Origin: Candidatus Pacearchaeota archaeon
GTDB taxonomy: Archaea > Nanobdellota > Nanobdellia > Pacearchaeales > GW2011-AR1
Assembly (NCBI GenBank): GCA_018304325.1
Contig: JAGVWM010000021.1
Location: 1-47,866, forward strand
Direction: 5' to 3'
DNA length: 47,866 nt
Shown here one piece after another: positions 24,677 to 34,082 of the stretch (the first letter of the stretch is position 1; each line of letters begins with the position of its first letter). Under the pieces are notes generated by a model, which was given only the letters and a program-made list of their open reading frames with translations, searched no databases and was not told the origin of the DNA. The position numbers and the translations under genes are program-made.

Positions 24677-26359
24677 CTACTGAGTTGGAATATTTACAAA
24701 ATTGCAGAATGGTAATCCTCCTGGATGATTGTCACATACCGCAGTTTTTGGACAACATTGTTTGTATCTTATGTTATCTTTTGTTCCAGAGCATAATCTT
24801 TCATCATCTTGATTTCCAACAATATTATCTATTCCATCTGAATCACAAGAGTTTTCATTTATTGGAACGCATACTGGTAAATTTCCTATAGTTGAAAGTT
24901 CACATTTTTCCACATCATCGGGTGTTCCCTTTATACTATCTGGTCCAACATCACAACAAATATTTTCTCCACTATCTATTGTTCCACAATAGTTTTGAGT
25001 ATTTTTATCGCAAGTTCTACCTTTAGGTACACAAAAACCAACATTACCTGCTGGAGAAGAAGTTATTCCACAAGTATATTCAGCTTTTTCACAGCAAGCA
25101 GCTCTCACAACATTTGCTCCTGTACAAAAGTTATAATTATCTTTAGGTTCAGGACAATATTTGGGAACGCATTTATTTATTCCAGATGTTTCACATATTT
25201 CTCTTGGACTATCACAACAAAAATCAATAGCTCCATTACAATAAATAGTATCAAAACTACATCCACCACAAGTTGTTCCTGAACTAAATGTGGCCTTGCA
25301 ATTATTTCCTTTATTGTTAAGATAGTCCTTACATTCACTATTTTTAACATTTTTTGGATCGTTACAATTTCCTCTAAAACCTTCATTAACCCAGCTACAG
25401 CACCCATAAATTGGATTGTTTTTATCTTCTAAGCAACATGTACTTCCAGATTCTTTACAATAATAATTATCATCTTTATTTTGACAATTTACTTCAGGTT
25501 TACATTCATAAATTGATTTTCCATCATTACTTAATTGTCCTTTAGGGCACAATGGTTTTACATCACATTTCACGCTTCCATCAGTAGATTTTGTACATGT
25601 TGGATGAGATGTACATTTGCCTTTAATACATAATTCATCTTCATTACAATCAAAAGGTCCAGCCCAAAATAAACTATAAGTGCAAACTTCAAATTGTGTA
25701 CTTATGCCATCATTGTCTTTATCAACGCATTTCTTTTTCCCATTTCTTTTGCATTGTCCAAAGCATTTTTCACAATAACTTCCTCCACAATCTATCCCAG
25801 TTTCATCTCTATTTTGTATTCCATCTGAACAAGTTCCTTCATTTGGATCAGGTGTGCATCTTTGTTGTTCTAAAGGCCTTGTGTCAGAATTACAATTGCT
25901 ATTAACATCATTACATGTTCTCCATTGATATCCTTGTAATGAACAAACACTCCAAGGGTCACACAACCATTCACAGCTATTGCCTCCTCCACCACCAGTT
26001 GAAGAAACACAATCTCCATAATAATTACAAGTCTCTCCAGTATTGCAGTCGTTATCTTTATAACACTCTCCACAATATCCATTCTTGCAATATGGTTCAC
26101 TATGGTCAGATTCATCTCGGCAAAATTCATTAACTCCATCATATCTATTATTATCTAGTTCCCCATCATCAGAATTAAGTGAAGGATCGCATTCCTCGCC
26201 TTGAACTACATTACCAGTTATTCCAATAACATCTCCTGTTATTGTATTTGCTGTTAAACCAAACTTATTTTTTATTAATAATCCAACACCAATTAATGCA
26301 AGAACTAAAATAATAACACAGATAGCAATTAATAATTTTTTATTAGAACTGCTTTTCAT
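24677..26359 (-). CDS. Cys-rich surface protein (intact paralogue of 14955..16671)
   Basis: MKSSSNKKLLIAICVIILVLALIGVGLLIKNK...ITGDVIGITGNVVQGEECDPSLNSDDGE...YCKNGYCGECYKDNDCNTGETCNYYGDCVS. The rest is >10% Cys and diverges from the paralogue. Confidence 0.65.
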   Translation of the reverse strand: MKSSSNKKLLIAICVIILVLALIGVGLLIKNKFGLTANTITGDVIGITGNVVQGEECDPSLNSDDGELDNNRYDGVNEFCRDESDHSEPYCKNGYCGECYKDNDCNTGETCNYYGDCVSSTGGGGGNSCEWLCDPWSVCSLQGYQWRTCNDVNSNCNSDTRPLEQQRCTPDPNEGTCSDGIQNRDETGIDCGGSYCEKCFGQCKRNGKKKCVDKDNDGISTQFEVCTYSLFWAGPFDCNEDELCIKGKCTSHPTCTKSTDGSVKCDVKPLCPKGQLSNDGKSIYECKPEVNCQNKDDNYYCKESGSTCCLEDKNNPIYGCCSWVNEGFRGNCNDPKNVKNSECKDYLNNKGNNCKATFSSGTTCGGCSFDTIYCNGAIDFCCDSPREICETSGINKCVPKYCPEPKDNYNFCTGANVVRAACCEKAEYTCGITSSPAGNVGFCVPKGRTCDKNTQNYCGTIDSGENICCDVGPDSIKGTPDDVEKCELSTIGNLPVCVPINENSCDSDGIDNIVGNQDDERLCSGTKDNIRYKQCCPKTAVCDNHPGGLPFCNFVNIPTQ

Positions 26360-26454
26360 ATAGTATTAAGAATAATGACATTTATAAATATTAATGACTT
26401 TTTTATTAAATCTTATTAAGTATTATTTAAAAAGTTTTCTTGTATATTTTCTTA

Positions 26455-27066
26455 ATGAAAAAAGAAGTTATTATCAAAATATTAGGAGTATTTCTTATTA
26501 TTTTTGGATTATTAGCTATGATTCAAGCCATCAGTAAAGGTGAACCAATTTTGATATTTTGGATCTGTTACATAGGAATGATAATAATTGGCATTGGTTG
26601 TTTATTAAATAAAAGCTATTTAATATCAAGCCAACTAAACATAATAACAATTCCTTTGATTTTATGGGATATAGACTTTTTCTCTTTTTTGATGTCAAAA
26701 AGTACTCTATTTGGGCTTGCTGATTATTTTTTTAAGGAACCATCATTAATATCAAGATTAGTAAGTTTAGAACATTTATTTTTAATACCTCTAGGGATAT
26801 TGGCATTTTACTTAGTTAGAGATAAAAAAGACAAAAAACAGAATAATAAAAATTCCTTATTAATTTCAATTTTAGAGGTCACAATTTTGTTTATTATTTT
26901 AAGAATTATAAACATTTCAGACAAAAACATAAATTGTGCATTTTACTCATGTATACCTTATCTAAATCCAGAGCCATATGTGCTATGGTGGTTTGTAATA
27001 GTTTTTCTTCTGATTTTTTTGACTAACATTATTTATAGATTTTTCTTCTGTAGTAAAAATATATGA
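26455..27066 (+). CDS. Polytopic membrane protein
   Basis: Several hydrophobic helices. The ATG at 26455 is preferred over the TTG at 26440. Confidence 0.5.
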   Translation: MKKEVIIKILGVFLIIFGLLAMIQAISKGEPILIFWICYIGMIIIGIGCLLNKSYLISSQLNIITIPLILWDIDFFSFLMSKSTLFGLADYFFKEPSLISRLVSLEHLFLIPLGILAFYLVRDKKDKKQNNKNSLLISILEVTILFIILRIINISDKNINCAFYSCIPYLNPEPYVLWWFVIVFLLIFLTNIIYRFFFCSKNI

Positions 27067-27709
27067 CAAAAATAGCAATAAAACTACCAATCATATTGAA
27101 AACTAAATCTAAAGCAGTGTTATAATATCCTCCAACTCCTGTGCTCGGGAAAGCTACAACTGCAACAAATTCTACAATTTCATTCAAAGCACCAAGACCC
27201 ATAGCAATTGCGATAAGTACAGGGTAAATTATCTTATAATTTGTTTTTGAGTTAAAATAAGGTTTAAGTAAGCTATATGCAACTAAAGTCGTTGTCCCAA
27301 AACCAAAAGCATGTACAAACTGATCAAATTTTAAAACAATTGTATCTCCAATACTAAACAACTTTACTATTTCAAGGCTATACAAAACTCCACTTCCTTT
27401 GAAAATCCAAAATCCATTTCCAATCCATATCCCTCCACCAGCCATGTGTAAAAATCCCCATATACTCAAAAGCCATAAAATAAGATAATCAAAATTTGTT
27501 TTTCTAAGGGTTAAACCAATTAATAAAAAGAAGAAAATTAAAACAACAACATACCATAAAAATTCATAATTTTTTATACTTAAATAATAAAAAGCGAAAG
27601 CTAATATGTAAGCTAAATTGAAAAATACTAAAAACCACTCACCATTTCTTAATCCCAGAAAACCAGTTGGTTTTCTGGACCAAAAATTCTTTGAATTTTG
27701 TGGCTTCAT
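27029..27709 (-). CDS. Polytopic membrane protein (possibly DUF2238/YjdF-like)
   Basis: Six to seven hydrophobic segments. The family guess is weak. Confidence 0.45.
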   Translation of the reverse strand: MKPQNSKNFWSRKPTGFLGLRNGEWFLVFFNLAYILAFAFYYLSIKNYEFLWYVVVLIFFFLLIGLTLRKTNFDYLILWLLSIWGFLHMAGGGIWIGNGFWIFKGSGVLYSLEIVKLFSIGDTIVLKFDQFVHAFGFGTTTLVAYSLLKPYFNSKTNYKIIYPVLIAIAMGLGALNEIVEFVAVVAFPSTGVGGYYNTALDLVFNMIGSFIAIFVIYFYYRRKIYK

Positions 27710-27870
27710 TTTCCCATATATCTATTAGTAATTAATCCAATTGCAATTATTATTAATACTATTGGTATCCAAGGTATATTTATTGTTATTATATTAAGCT
27801 CTGTTAAAAGCCAAATAATACCAACAGCTAATAAAATAGCTGCAAGAGTTGGAAATTTTTTCTTAGACAT
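27706..27870 (-). CDS. Possible 54-aa two-helix membrane peptide
   Basis: MSKKKFPTLAAILLAVGIIWLLTELNIITINIPWIPIVLIIIAIGLITNRYMGK. Its stop overlaps the ATG of 27029..27709 (ATGA). Confidence 0.35.
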   Translation of the reverse strand: MSKKKFPTLAAILLAVGIIWLLTELNIITINIPWIPIVLIIIAIGLITNRYMGK

Positions 27871-27951
27871 TTTTATTTAACCTCCTTTTCTTTTTAATTT
27901 ATATCTTAAAAACAAGTAATATTTATAAAGCCTATCAATTCTCTAAAGATT

Positions 27952-28380
27952 ATGCAAACAAAAATAGTTGCTTTAGATGTTTATGGAACAATTTTAAATA
28001 GCGAAGATATTGAAAATGCTTTGCCACCTATAAAAGGTTTTGGGAAATTTGTTGTAAGTGTAAAACAAAATAATTTAATTCTTGTTACTTCTTCTGACGC
28101 TGACTTAAATAATTTAAGACTAGATTTGGAAGCCACACTTTCTAAAATAGGCTTAGGTTTAGGTATTTTTGATGGGTTTTATAAGCTTGATACTTGTCCG
28201 AAAGACTTTAGAGGGATTATTGATGAATATGGAATTAAACCAGAACAATTATTTGTTGTCGGAGATAACTATTTTAAAGATATAGTTGGTGCAGAAGAGA
28301 TAGGGTGTTCAGTGTTAAGAGTACCAGAATATGGGAGAATTGATTATGGGTTTGATTTTGCAACTGTAGAGATACCATAA
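27952..28380 (+). CDS. HAD-superfamily-like hydrolase
   Basis: VALDVYGTIL is motif I-like, but with DxY rather than DxD. VVGDNYFKDIVGAEEIG is motif IV-like. Confidence 0.45.
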   Translation: MQTKIVALDVYGTILNSEDIENALPPIKGFGKFVVSVKQNNLILVTSSDADLNNLRLDLEATLSKIGLGLGIFDGFYKLDTCPKDFRGIIDEYGIKPEQLFVVGDNYFKDIVGAEEIGCSVLRVPEYGRIDYGFDFATVEIP

Positions 28381-28388
28381 TATTTTAG

Positions 28389-28763
28389 TCACTTTTTCTT
28401 AAACTCAACATTTTTCATATTTTCAAATTCCTTATCTCCTGTAACAAAATAATATCCATTTTTAATAGAAAATATATATCCTACTGCATCAAAAAAAGAA
28501 ATATTTTGTTTTTTATGTTCATACCTGAACTTTACTGCTTCAATTAGGATTTCTATACTAACCTTTTTTGAGTATATCTGCAATTTTTTTAACCATAATT
28601 CAGCTTCATTTTCCCCATATTCCCTTAATAAAATTCCATAATATTCTGCTAAAGTTAAGTCATTTACAATAAACTCTTCATTTAGATAACCAGAAAATTT
28701 TTCATTACCTAAATATATTTCAATAAGAGCATAGGTATCTAAGAATTTGATCATTTTAGCCAT
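28389..28763 (-). CDS. vapC: PIN-domain toxin (VapC-like)
   Basis: FLDTYALIE..., FFDAVGY, VTGDKEF acidic positions. It overlaps the upstream AbrB-type gene by 13 nt. Confidence 0.65.
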   Translation of the reverse strand: MAKMIKFLDTYALIEIYLGNEKFSGYLNEEFIVNDLTLAEYYGILLREYGENEAELWLKKLQIYSKKVSIEILIEAVKFRYEHKKQNISFFDAVGYIFSIKNGYYFVTGDKEFENMKNVEFKKK

Positions 28764-28978
28764 TTACTATCATATTCTTTTCTAAAATCTTCAACCATTT
28801 TTTTAGCAGGTTTTTTAAATTTAGCTTTACCAAACATTTCTTTTAATACATTATTTTTCTTTTCAATGTTTATTATGATTTCTTCTCCAGACTTCAAATT
28901 TAATTTAATAATAGTTTCTATAGGTATAACTACTCCAATTGAATTTCCCCATTTTTTTGTTTTAACTTCAATCGCCAT
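28751..28978 (-). CDS. vapB: AbrB/SpoVT-type antitoxin (VapB-like)
   Basis: KKWGNSIGVVIPIETIIKLNLKSGEEIIINIE. Confidence 0.65.
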   Translation of the reverse strand: MAIEVKTKKWGNSIGVVIPIETIIKLNLKSGEEIIINIEKKNNVLKEMFGKAKFKKPAKKMVEDFRKEYDSKWLK

Positions 28979-29305
28979 TGTATAACTTTAATGTATAACT
29001 ATTATATAAATCTTGCTAATTGTATGTTAAGTATTAAGGTTTACTTAACATAATTCAGAATCTTATATCTTACAAATCCCTTCCAAGCAAAGTTCTCCTG
29101 TTATTTGCCTTTGCCCCTTTTTATTCCATCTTTTAAAATATCTTCAACAACTCTTTCAAGTTATCAAGAAACATCAGCAGAAACACTTGATATAGATTTT
29201 TCTTTATCGAGCTCTTCAATTGCTTTCTTAATATTATTTTCTTTTATTAGTCTGCTCATTTTTATCATTTATATTAAAAATAATTTATTAATAAACTTAA
29301 TAAAT

Positions 29306-29569
29306 TTATTTTATTATGCCCTTTAATTCAGGGAGATTCATTTCTATAAAATATACAATTTCTTGTTTATATTCATTATTTAGTGAAATTCCAGTATAAC
29401 TTGGTTTATTATGTACTATAACCCATCCAATCTTAGAAAGTTCTTTTATTATGTCCTTTAAATTTTGAAATTTCTTAAAATGTTCCATTCTATCATACTT
29501 ACCACCCCAATTACCTTTTCCTCTTGCTAAAATTGACATAAGTTGAGCTTTTTCAAGATCACTTGCCAT
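29306..29569 (-). CDS. Hypothetical small protein (87 aa)
   Basis: Clean ORF. No motif recognised. Confidence 0.4.
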   Translation of the reverse strand: MASDLEKAQLMSILARGKGNWGGKYDRMEHFKKFQNLKDIIKELSKIGWVIVHNKPSYTGISLNNEYKQEIVYFIEMNLPELKGIIK

Positions 29570-29666
29570 AATAATATAAAAATTCCACTTATTTAAATGT
29601 TGCTATTATTGAAATATTAATATACTTAATAGAAAGATTTAAATATCATATAAATATAATACCCAT

Positions 29667-29993
29667 ATGAAACAAAAAGAAAATAAATCATTTTTTTTAA
29701 TGCAATTTGGAGACACTCCCCAGCTTAGAGTTATAGATTTTTTAATAGGATTTCGTTTTTTTGATTATCCTATGACTGAAATAGCTAAAGAAAGCAATGT
29801 AAGTTATAATTCAATTAAATTATTCTTCCAGAATTTTATTGCTTCTGGTTTAGTTATTAAAACAAGAAAAGTAGGAAAATCAGATTATTATAAGTTAAAT
29901 ATGGATAATGATTTTGTAAAAAACCTTGTTAAGTTGGACTGGATGCTTGTAAAGAAAAATGTTCTTTCAGAAATTAAGGAAGCTGCTGTTTAA
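29667..29993 (+). CDS. Winged-helix transcriptional regulator
   Basis: PQLRVIDFLIGFRFFDYPMTEIAKESNVSYNSIKLFFQNFIASGLVIKTRKVGKSDYYKLN. Confidence 0.5.
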   Translation: MKQKENKSFFLMQFGDTPQLRVIDFLIGFRFFDYPMTEIAKESNVSYNSIKLFFQNFIASGLVIKTRKVGKSDYYKLNMDNDFVKNLVKLDWMLVKKNVLSEIKEAAV

Positions 29994-30033
29994 CAGCAGC
30001 TTATTCTGTTACCACTAATAAATTTATATAAAT

Positions 30034-30783
30034 ATGAACACAAAAAAACTGACTGGAAGATTTGAATGGCAAAGGCCAGAAGTAATGCCTTCTTTTGTTA
30101 AAGGTGATGATGCCCAAGAATTATGTTATGCTGTCAAAGAAGGTTTTGGATTTTTTGATTACGATGCTAATGAAAAATTAATGAAAGGAAGCAATCCTTT
30201 CATTTCAGCTAGAATTGACACAGAAGTAAGACCTTTAGGATTAAGGGTTGCTAACTTAAGAGATTTAAGCAGACCAGAAGTTATGGCTATGGTTGAAGGC
30301 AGATATTATTCTGATAGCCCAGTTTTAGTTGTTAGGAGCAATAAAGATTCTAATACAAGAAACCTGCCTCTTATAAAAATAATTTCAGAGCTGACAGAAG
30401 GTGTAGATGGGAGAGTTGAATTTCCTTTTATGCTAACTGGTTATGATGTTGTTAAATTGCCAGAAGATGAAGATGGTTATGGAGTAGATATTGTTAAAAG
30501 AGAGGATTTTAAAGCTGTGCATGATGACAGACTTTCTGGAAAATATAATGGCTGGAAATTTGATAATGTTGATGAAATAGGTTTGCCTTCAGGTTTAAAT
30601 AAATCAAAAGGATCTAGGACTTTATATACAAAGGATGAAGGGCTTGCTGGGTTCTGCTTGGACTGGGACTTAGACTTGGTCTCGGTTGATGGTAACCTTC
30701 AGGGTTCGAATGCTATTGGTCGGGTAGTCGTCGTAAGCGCCTTCAGCGCTTCGCAAAATTTGGATAAATATATAGAAGATTAG
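30034..30783 (+). CDS. Second DGR-target-like protein (VR-like C-terminus), directly abutting the RT remnant
   Basis: The C-terminus LAGFCLDWDLDLVSVDGNLQGSNAIGRVVVV shares the scaffold L-x-V-[DN]-G-x-L...[AF]-[FI]-G with VR1 and the TR. It is A-poor and is followed by a GC hairpin. Confidence 0.55.
   Translation: MNTKKLTGRFEWQRPEVMPSFVKGDDAQELCYAVKEGFGFFDYDANEKLMKGSNPFISARIDTEVRPLGLRVANLRDLSRPEVMAMVEGRYYSDSPVLVVRSNKDSNTRNLPLIKIISELTEGVDGRVEFPFMLTGYDVVKLPEDEDGYGVDIVKREDFKAVHDDRLSGKYNGWKFDNVDEIGLPSGLNKSKGSRTLYTKDEGLAGFCLDWDLDLVSVDGNLQGSNAIGRVVVVSAFSASQNLDKYIED
30658..30723 (+). other. VR2-like segment (no cognate TR in window)
   Basis: TTG GAC TGG GAC TTA GAC TTG GTC TCG GTT GAT GGT AAC CTT CAG GGT TCG AAT GCT ATT GGT CGG. 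The GTT GAT GGT AAC CTT block aligns to TR GTT AAT GGC AAC (AAC) CTT. Confidence 0.4.
30735..30751 (+). promoter_or_regulatory. GC-rich hairpin 3' of VR2-like segment
   Basis: AAGCGC-CTTCA-GCGCTT. Confidence 0.45.
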
Positions 30784-31378
30784 GGGATATTGCTTAAAAG
30801 CAGATATAAAACATTACTTTGAAGAAGTTGATAATGATATTTTATTAGAAATAATAAAGAGAAAAATAAAAGATGAAAAAGTTATATGTCTTATAGAAAA
30901 GATTTTAGGAAACAATTCTGTTGGGAAGCATTCAGACAAAGGAATGCCATTAGGCAATTTAACTTCCCAATTTTTTGCAAATATTTATCTTAATGAATTA
31001 GACTATTTTGTCAAACATAAATTAAAAGCTAAATATTATATAAGATATGTTGATGATTTTATCATTCTCCATAATTCAAAATCACAACTAAAAGAATGGA
31101 AAAATGAAATTAATAACTTTTTAAAAAATGGGCTGAAGTTAGAACTGCATCCAGACAAATCAAAGATTATTTCGCTTTCAAGTGGAGTTGACTTTGTTGG
31201 ATTTATAAATTTTTATTATTTTAAATTACTAAGAAAAAGAAACATAAAAAACATTGAAAGAAAAATTAAAATGTTTAATGAAGGTTTAATTAGCAAGGAT
31301 AAGTTGTTAGAAAGTTTTCAAGGATGGAAGGCATATGCAAAATGGGCAGATAGTTATAAATTTAATAAACAATTTTAA
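30776..31378 (+). pseudogene. DGR-type reverse transcriptase, 5'-truncated (fingers motifs 1-2 missing)
   Basis: The frame is open from 30776: KIRGYCLKADIKHYFEEVDNDILL...GMPLGNLTSQFFANIYLNELD...YIRYVDDFIILH...GVDFVGF. The LGxxxSQ and YVDD motifs are DGR-RT-like. Only ~200 aa are present, and homology starts immediately after the upstream gene's stop. Confidence 0.7.
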
Positions 31379-31386
31379 TAAGTGGA

Positions 31387-32802
31387 TTATAGCTTAATTT
31401 TCTCTTTTTTATTCTCTTCAATTCCTTCAGGTTTCAACAACGGAAATATAACTGTTTCTCTTATAGGCCGATTAACTAAATAAGAAAATAATCTTTCACT
31501 TACTCCAAAACCACAAGTTGGAGGCATTCCATATTTCAAAGCTTCCACAAAACCCTTATCATGATCCATACTTTCACTATCTCCTGCTTTCTTCATCTCC
31601 ATTTGTTTTTTCAACCTTTCATCTTGATCAATAGGGTCATTTAATTCAGAATAACCATTTCCTAATTCAGTTCCAGCAATTATAACCTGGAACTGCTCAA
31701 CTTTTCTCAAGTCTTTAGAATCTCTTTTTGCTAAAGGAGTAATTTCAACAGGCTGTCCAATAAGGAATCCAGGCCCTGAAAGCTTTTTTCTACAATATTT
31801 CCATAAACTATCTACTAGTCTCCATTTTTTCATTTTAGGATCATATTCAACTTTTAACTGATCTAATTTTTTCTTTATTTCAGATTCAGAAGTTTTCCAA
31901 ATATCAACCCCAGTATGTTTCTTAATCAATTTATCATATTCATAAATTTCCCATTTTTTCCCGAGGTCTACTTTATATCCATGAGTTTCAAATTTCAGGG
32001 TGTTTAGAACTTCTTTTGCAACTTTCTTATACATTTCTTCAACTAACTTCATCCCATCTTTATAACTTGCATATGCTAGATAAAATTCCATTTGAGTATA
32101 ATCTTGTAAATGTTCCATATCCATACCTTCATTTCTAAATTGTCTTCCAATTTCAAAAGTTTTTCCATAACCAGCAACCATTAACTTCTTTTGCCATAAT
32201 TCTCCCATTGAAATTCTTAAGTAAACATCTATATCAAGAGCGTTATGATGTGTTTTAAACGGAGTCGCTGCTGCTCCTCCAGCTGAAGTTTCCAACACAG
32301 GAGTTTCTACCTCTAAAAATCCTTTATCTAATAGAAAGCTCCTTATTGTTTGCCAGAACTTTTGTTTTTTAATAAACAGTTCTCTAATTTCCAGATTCAT
32401 TAAAATGTCTAGATATCTTTTTCTTAGCTTTTCTTCATCATCAACTAAACCATGGTACTTTTCAGGAAGTGGAAGTATAGACTTTGTAAGTAATTCAATA
32501 TTCTTAATTAATATAGAAAGTTCACCTGTTTTTGTTCTAAGCATAATTCCTTCCACCCCGATAAAATCCCCAGAATCAATATATTTTTTAAAAAACTCAA
32601 ATTTTTTAGATGGAGTTTCATCTTGTTGGGAGACTAATTGTATTCTTCCAGAAGAATCTTGTAGTGTAGCAAATGATATTTTTCCAAGATCTCTTTTAAT
32701 TATAACTCTTCCAGCAACAGAAACCTTATCTTTAGTTTTCACTTTTCTCAAATCTTCAACTTTCTTAATTCTAGATTCAATGATTTGGTCTTCTCGTCCC
32801 AT
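31387..32802 (-). CDS. lysS: Lysyl-tRNA synthetase, class II
   Basis: OB-fold N-terminus (VSVAGRVIIKRDLGKISFATLQDSSGRIQLV). Motif 2 region FEIGRQFRNEGMDMEHLQDYTQMEFY. Motif 3 region PPTCGFGVSERL. Confidence 0.85.
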   Translation of the reverse strand: MGREDQIIESRIKKVEDLRKVKTKDKVSVAGRVIIKRDLGKISFATLQDSSGRIQLVSQQDETPSKKFEFFKKYIDSGDFIGVEGIMLRTKTGELSILIKNIELLTKSILPLPEKYHGLVDDEEKLRKRYLDILMNLEIRELFIKKQKFWQTIRSFLLDKGFLEVETPVLETSAGGAAATPFKTHHNALDIDVYLRISMGELWQKKLMVAGYGKTFEIGRQFRNEGMDMEHLQDYTQMEFYLAYASYKDGMKLVEEMYKKVAKEVLNTLKFETHGYKVDLGKKWEIYEYDKLIKKHTGVDIWKTSESEIKKKLDQLKVEYDPKMKKWRLVDSLWKYCRKKLSGPGFLIGQPVEITPLAKRDSKDLRKVEQFQVIIAGTELGNGYSELNDPIDQDERLKKQMEMKKAGDSESMDHDKGFVEALKYGMPPTCGFGVSERLFSYLVNRPIRETVIFPLLKPEGIEENKKEKIKL

Positions 32803-32910
32803 ATACTACTTTAGAAAACTGAATTTAAATATCTTCTTGAGTTTAATTAAAAGAAGCTCATAAAATAACCTTGCATTTAAAGGAAAGTTGATAAGAAAAC
32901 CTTGGTGTTC

Positions 32911-33186
32911 TTATATGTGCAGGACTTTAAACTCTTTGAAATCTTGAAAAGGAGATTCATTTATACTTACATTTTTTATTTTAGCATGCCTTGGACCTGT
33001 TTCACATATTTTACATAGTTGATCAACATTTTCAATCTCTCCTTCAGCAAACACTTCAATGTTTCCACTATCTAAATTCCTTATAAATCCTTTAACATCA
33101 AGTTTATCAGCTTCTTCTTTTACAAAATTTCTGAAAAATACTCCCTGAACAGTGCCATTTATCAGCATTTTTATTGCCTTTTTCAT
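32911..33186 (-). CDS. acyP: Acylphosphatase
   Basis: INGTVQGVFFRNFVKEEADKLDVKGFIRNLDSGNIEVFAEG, 91 aa. Confidence 0.8.
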   Translation of the reverse strand: MKKAIKMLINGTVQGVFFRNFVKEEADKLDVKGFIRNLDSGNIEVFAEGEIENVDQLCKICETGPRHAKIKNVSINESPFQDFKEFKVLHI

Positions 33187-33274
33187 AATAAAATAACTCC
33201 TTAGTGTTTTATATAAAAAGACTAGACTATTTATTAATTATTCTATACTTCCTTTTAATCTTTCTTAAGTAAAA

Positions 33275-33994
33275 CTATCTAAAAGAACCACTAGATAAAC
33301 TAGTGTAGAGAAAACCTATCCAAATTAGCATTAAAATAGCTATAACCACTAGCATTGATATAATTGAGATTATAGCTGATTTCCCTGTTTTTATTTTATT
33401 GAAATAACTAGTACTTTTTATTAAAAATGTGAAAAAGTGTACTATTTGTATAATTCCTAATATAAGAAGTATAAGTGCTCCAGGCTGACTAAAGTAAACT
33501 TTGTACAGTTGTGTAATATTTGTTATATCAGAAGTTGCTAGTATCCCTTGCAGATATGACTGATCTATTGGTATTGTAAGCTGTATTATAAATGAAGCTA
33601 CTAAAATTATAAACCCATAAATTACCCATATCATTAATGAATATGAGACAGATTTAACATTTTCTTTATAGTTAGTTTTTGCCCTGCTTAACTTTAAGAG
33701 TAAATGAATAACTCCTGATACTGAAAATAAAACTACTAAGATAACTAAACCTTTTCCAATTATATTCTGTAAAGTTAAAAATAACCAAGATAATATAGCA
33801 ATAGGCTGTACCGCCCCATTATCTTTGAAAAAAACAACTAAGTTAAGAAAAGACTCAATTACTAAATATACAATATAAAACAATATTAATTGAAGTAAGG
33901 CCTTTGTCCATTTACTATCTGACTTTCTACCTAAGAACTTTGAAGGAGAAATATACATTAATTTAATATTATTAAAAAAACTAAGTTCACTCAT
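33275..33994 (-). CDS. Polytopic membrane protein (Yip1-like?)
   Basis: Five hydrophobic helices after a soluble N-terminus. The family guess is weak. Confidence 0.45.
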   Translation of the reverse strand: MSELSFFNNIKLMYISPSKFLGRKSDSKWTKALLQLILFYIVYLVIESFLNLVVFFKDNGAVQPIAILSWLFLTLQNIIGKGLVILVVLFSVSGVIHLLLKLSRAKTNYKENVKSVSYSLMIWVIYGFIILVASFIIQLTIPIDQSYLQGILATSDITNITQLYKVYFSQPGALILLILGIIQIVHFFTFLIKSTSYFNKIKTGKSAIISIISMLVVIAILMLIWIGFLYTSLSSGSFR

Positions 33995-34082
33995 TGTTTA
34001 ACAAGAGAATAGTGTTTTATAAATTTTACCAAGTATAAATTATCATATAAAATCTTATTAATATGCCAATTCAATAAACTTA

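Noticed and set aside
24661-24891. ORFs 24661..24891, 24995..25282, 25696..25905 and 25915..26133.
   Set aside because: They are antisense to the 560-aa Cys-rich gene and have repetitive low-complexity translation.
29105-29326. Plus-strand ORF 29105..29326, and a minus-strand 32-aa ORF (ATG about 29262, MSRLIKENNIKKAIEELDKEKS...) that seems to continue in another frame (LERVVEDILKDGIKRGKGK).
   Set aside because: The plus ORF is low-complexity. The minus fragment is too short and is frame-broken, so it is possibly a decayed small gene. It was not called.
30776-31378. The RT considered as a retron or group II intron RT.
   Set aside because: The motif 4 LGNLTSQ is DGR-like. I saw no intron RNA domains, maturase or endonuclease domains, or msr/msd-like repeats. 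An adenine-specific TR/VR pair exists in the same window.
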